Positions 54,455 to 64,000 of a stretch of 64,000 bases of DNA are shown piece by piece. The notes under the pieces were generated by a model. The model ran no database searches. It saw only the letters and a program-made list of their open reading frames with translations, and had not been told where the DNA came from. The position numbers and the translations under genes are program-made. Source of the stretch: Salpingoeca rosetta. Its lineage: Eukaryota > Protista > Choanoflagellata. Where the stretch lies: the NCBI GenBank assembly GCA_033442325.1, contig JAWQFM010000025.1, forward strand, positions 486,638-550,637, given 5' to 3'. Numbering within the stretch: the stretch's first letter is position 1; the number at the start of each line of letters is the position of its first letter.

Positions 54455-54660
54455 TTAAACCGACCGCAGTAGGTCTGCGCGTGACGGGTGCTACTCTCTA
54501 CCAGAAAAGGGGGTCGGAATCTTGCCCTACTGATGTCCCTAGATAACGGAAGGCACCTTCCTTACACCAGGACTCCGAGTGGCATAGTGTCACGGTTGGT
54601 AGTTCATGGTCCGACAGGCCCGGCGTATCTAACGAGCTCAAATGGGGACGGTTGAGCATA
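54455..54660 (+). other. Unique ~200-nt island with dense potential RNA secondary structure, unidentified
   Basis: Several hairpins and long-range complementary segments lie between two CA tracts, and there is no convincing coding frame. Strand is uncertain. Confidence 0.3.
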
Positions 54661-54936
54661 GCAGCACACACCCACGCACACCCACGCACACACACACACA
54701 CGCACGCACACACACACACACGCACACACACACCCACGCACACCCACGCACACACACACACACACGCACGCACACACAAGTAAAGGATGTCAAACCCAAC
54801 GGAGATCATTCGAGGACCACAAGTACGCTGCGGTGGAAGGACGTTGTGCGTAGATGCGAAGCAGCTGGAACATGTATCTTTGTCTTGTTGCTAACTATGC
54901 TACTCTCACTGTGTGTGGGGGGATTAGGATGGCGAT

Positions 54937-55574
54937 ATGTCGCCACTGCGAGTGGTTGCTGCTGCGGCTGCGATTGGCGTGTCCGTGTACGCCATGTGTC
55001 GCATTGCCAAGTCCCTCTGCTGCTCCAAGTTGGACGGACCCAAGTGCGTCATCATCCTCTCAGGCAAGCGCAAATGCGGCAAGGACTACCTCTCCAGCTT
55101 CCTTCATGAGCGGTGAGCGTGCGTGTGTGTGAATGTGTGTGAATGTGTGTGTGTGATTGTGTGATTGTGTGATCGTGTGTGCATGTTTGTGTAAGCGCAA
55201 GTGTGCATGTTTGTGTAAGCGCAAGTGTGCATATTTGTGTAAGCGCAAGCGTGTACGTGCGTGCAGTGCGTGTTCATGTTGACGTGCGTGCATAAACCCT
55301 GCTGCTACCAGCGCCGGTTCTGTCCCTCATACAAGTGTTGTGTCTCGCCTGCTTCGCGACCCAGGCTCGGGACATTCTCGTCCGTAGTGCGCCTCTCCGG
55401 CCCTCTGAAGGAGCAGTTTGCCAAAGACCATGGTCTGGACTATGAAGAGCTGCTCTCAGATTCCGGATACAAGGAGAAGTGAGTGCACGCGCAAGAGTGC
55501 TCGTGCGTGCCCGCTAATCGTCCTTGCGTGTGCTCATTGCGTTGGATTGTCTGTTTAAGGACGCGTACCAGCGC

Positions 55575-55611
<37 letters not shown>

Positions 55612-55948
55612 TTGTTTGTTTTGTGGGCCGTGTGTCCCACAACCACCCGTTTCGGCCTCCCCTCTTCGCTTTCCCGCCTCCCTCCCTCCTCCATTTCTCC
55701 GGGTCTGTTTACTCGCCAGTCACAACTGCACACGTGCGTGCGCCGCTGCGCCAGGTACCGCAAGGACATGATTGCATGGGGCGAGAAGATGCGCAACGCA
55801 GACCCAGGGTTCTTCTGCCGCCTGGCAACCGCCACAGCGACCGCCCCAATCTGGATTGTCACTGACGCCCGCAGGCCCTCCGATATCGAGTACTTCAAGG
55901 TCGCGGGGGTTTTTTGTGTATATGTGTGTTCATGTGTGTGTGTGCGTT

Positions 55949-56017
<69 letters not shown>

Positions 56018-56366
56018 TGTGTGTGTGTGTAGGGAAGATACCCGTGCCTTATTCACATTCACAATGGGCAGTGTTTGTCATCCATCAAGACAGCACATGG
56101 CTGCCAGCGCTGTCACTCACGGGTGATGCTGTTGCCCGTCCCTTCATTTTGACTGTGTGCAGGCACGCTACCCTGTTGTGACAGTGCGGATATCCTCGAC
56201 AGATGCAACGCGGAAGCAACGAGGGTGGGTGGTGACATGGTGCTGCGAGTTTCATTGGGACTGTGATCCATGAACCTTTCGGACCTCACAGCTGCTACCG
56301 ATGCTCGACATGGTTCCCATGCCATCACGTGAGCTCACACACATGTTCACCCTCATCACACCACAT

Positions 56367-56432
<66 letters not shown>

Positions 56433-56692
56433 TCACACACACACACACGCACACACGCACATGCACACACACACATCGCACACATCACAATGCACCCCAT
56501 GGCTGCCTTTTGTCCCCTATGTATGCCCTCAGGTGGGTGTTTACGCCCGACGTGGATGATGCCGAATCAGAGTGTGCGCTGGACAACTATGGCTTTGACC
56601 AGACGATTGAGAACAACAGCACGGGCGGTCTCACCCCAGCCCTCGACCGCGCCCTGCAACGCGTCATCAACGCAGCCGTCAAGCACCTCTGA
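54937..56692 (+). CDS. PMVK: Phosphomevalonate kinase, animal (NMP-kinase fold) type, with hydrophobic N-terminal extension
   Basis: Motifs [75 protein letters not shown] and RGWVFTPDVDDAESECALD are present. Stop is at 56690-56692. A short upstream exon near 54787-54822 is possible. Confidence 0.93.
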
Positions 56693-57024
56693 TGCCGCAG
56701 TGATCCACCGCCATATGGAGCGGACCGTTTGTGGGTCAGCCATTCTCGCTCTGCTGATCGCACCATTGACTTTCTCTTTTTGCTTGTTGCCATGCACGTA
56801 TCTTCTGCTCGCTTGTTGATTGTTTCGCCTGTCTGCCGCTTTTCCCTTAGTTTGGAGTGTTGATTCAGTGTGAATGTTCCTTCCTCTCTTGCTTGCTTGC
56901 TTACTTGTTTGCTTCGTTGCTACTGCCTGTTACACTCAACCACAACTCAGAGCAACACCAAGACACACGAGTTGGGAGAGAGAGAGCGCACGCCAGGACG
57001 GGAGCTCTGCCGCGAACACACACA

Positions 57025-57141
<117 letters not shown>

Positions 57142-57281
57142 CACACTCAGTTTTTCTATTCTGTGTTATGATTCGAAGCGGTTTTAGCGAAATCCAACAG
57201 CGCAGAAAGGACAACAAGAGAAGAAGCCAAACAAACAACCGAGCCAAACCTCTCTCCATCAGCGTCACGGCGCATGCGAAG

Positions 57282-64000
<6,719 letters not shown>

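Noticed and set aside
54480-54640. TPP or cobalamin riboswitch, hammerhead ribozyme, or spliceosomal snRNA
   Set aside because: Only fragments match (GGGUGC, CUGAU, GGAAGG). The invariant UGAGA, CUGANGA...GAAA, B12 box and Sm site are absent.

Overview
Eukaryotic, intron-rich, GC-rich genomic DNA with (CA)n/(TG)n tracts in almost every intron and five assembly gaps. The composition and gene content suggest a choanoflagellate, most likely Salpingoeca rosetta or a relative; this is an inference and was not checked. About 14 protein-coding genes can be rebuilt by hand across introns. In order they are: the 3' part of PRP43/DHX15; an intronless 7-repeat beta-propeller protein; an intronless LRR-like protein; a HET/TIR-like + 42-aa TPR protein; TEX261/SVP26; exportin-7; CFAP43; uracil-DNA glycosylase; a secreted Hedgehog-type Hint (Hog) protein; a 1316-aa polyQ protein with an N-terminal 9-Cys zinc-binding domain; eIF5; a PCGF3/5-like RING-RAWUL protein; animal-type phosphomevalonate kinase; and the 5' part of a TBC1D2-like PH/coiled-coil/RabGAP gene. 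The top finding is the 9-Cys domain at 44237-43938, which matches the nuclear-receptor C4 DNA-binding-domain signature but has no ligand-binding domain, in a lineage generally held to lack nuclear receptors. Next are the Hint protein, with a novel duplicated N-terminal domain and altered catalytic residues, and the HET/TIR-TPR candidate immune receptor. Most ORFs in the supplied track are microsatellite or N-gap artefacts. All family calls are from motif recognition by eye; no database search was run.
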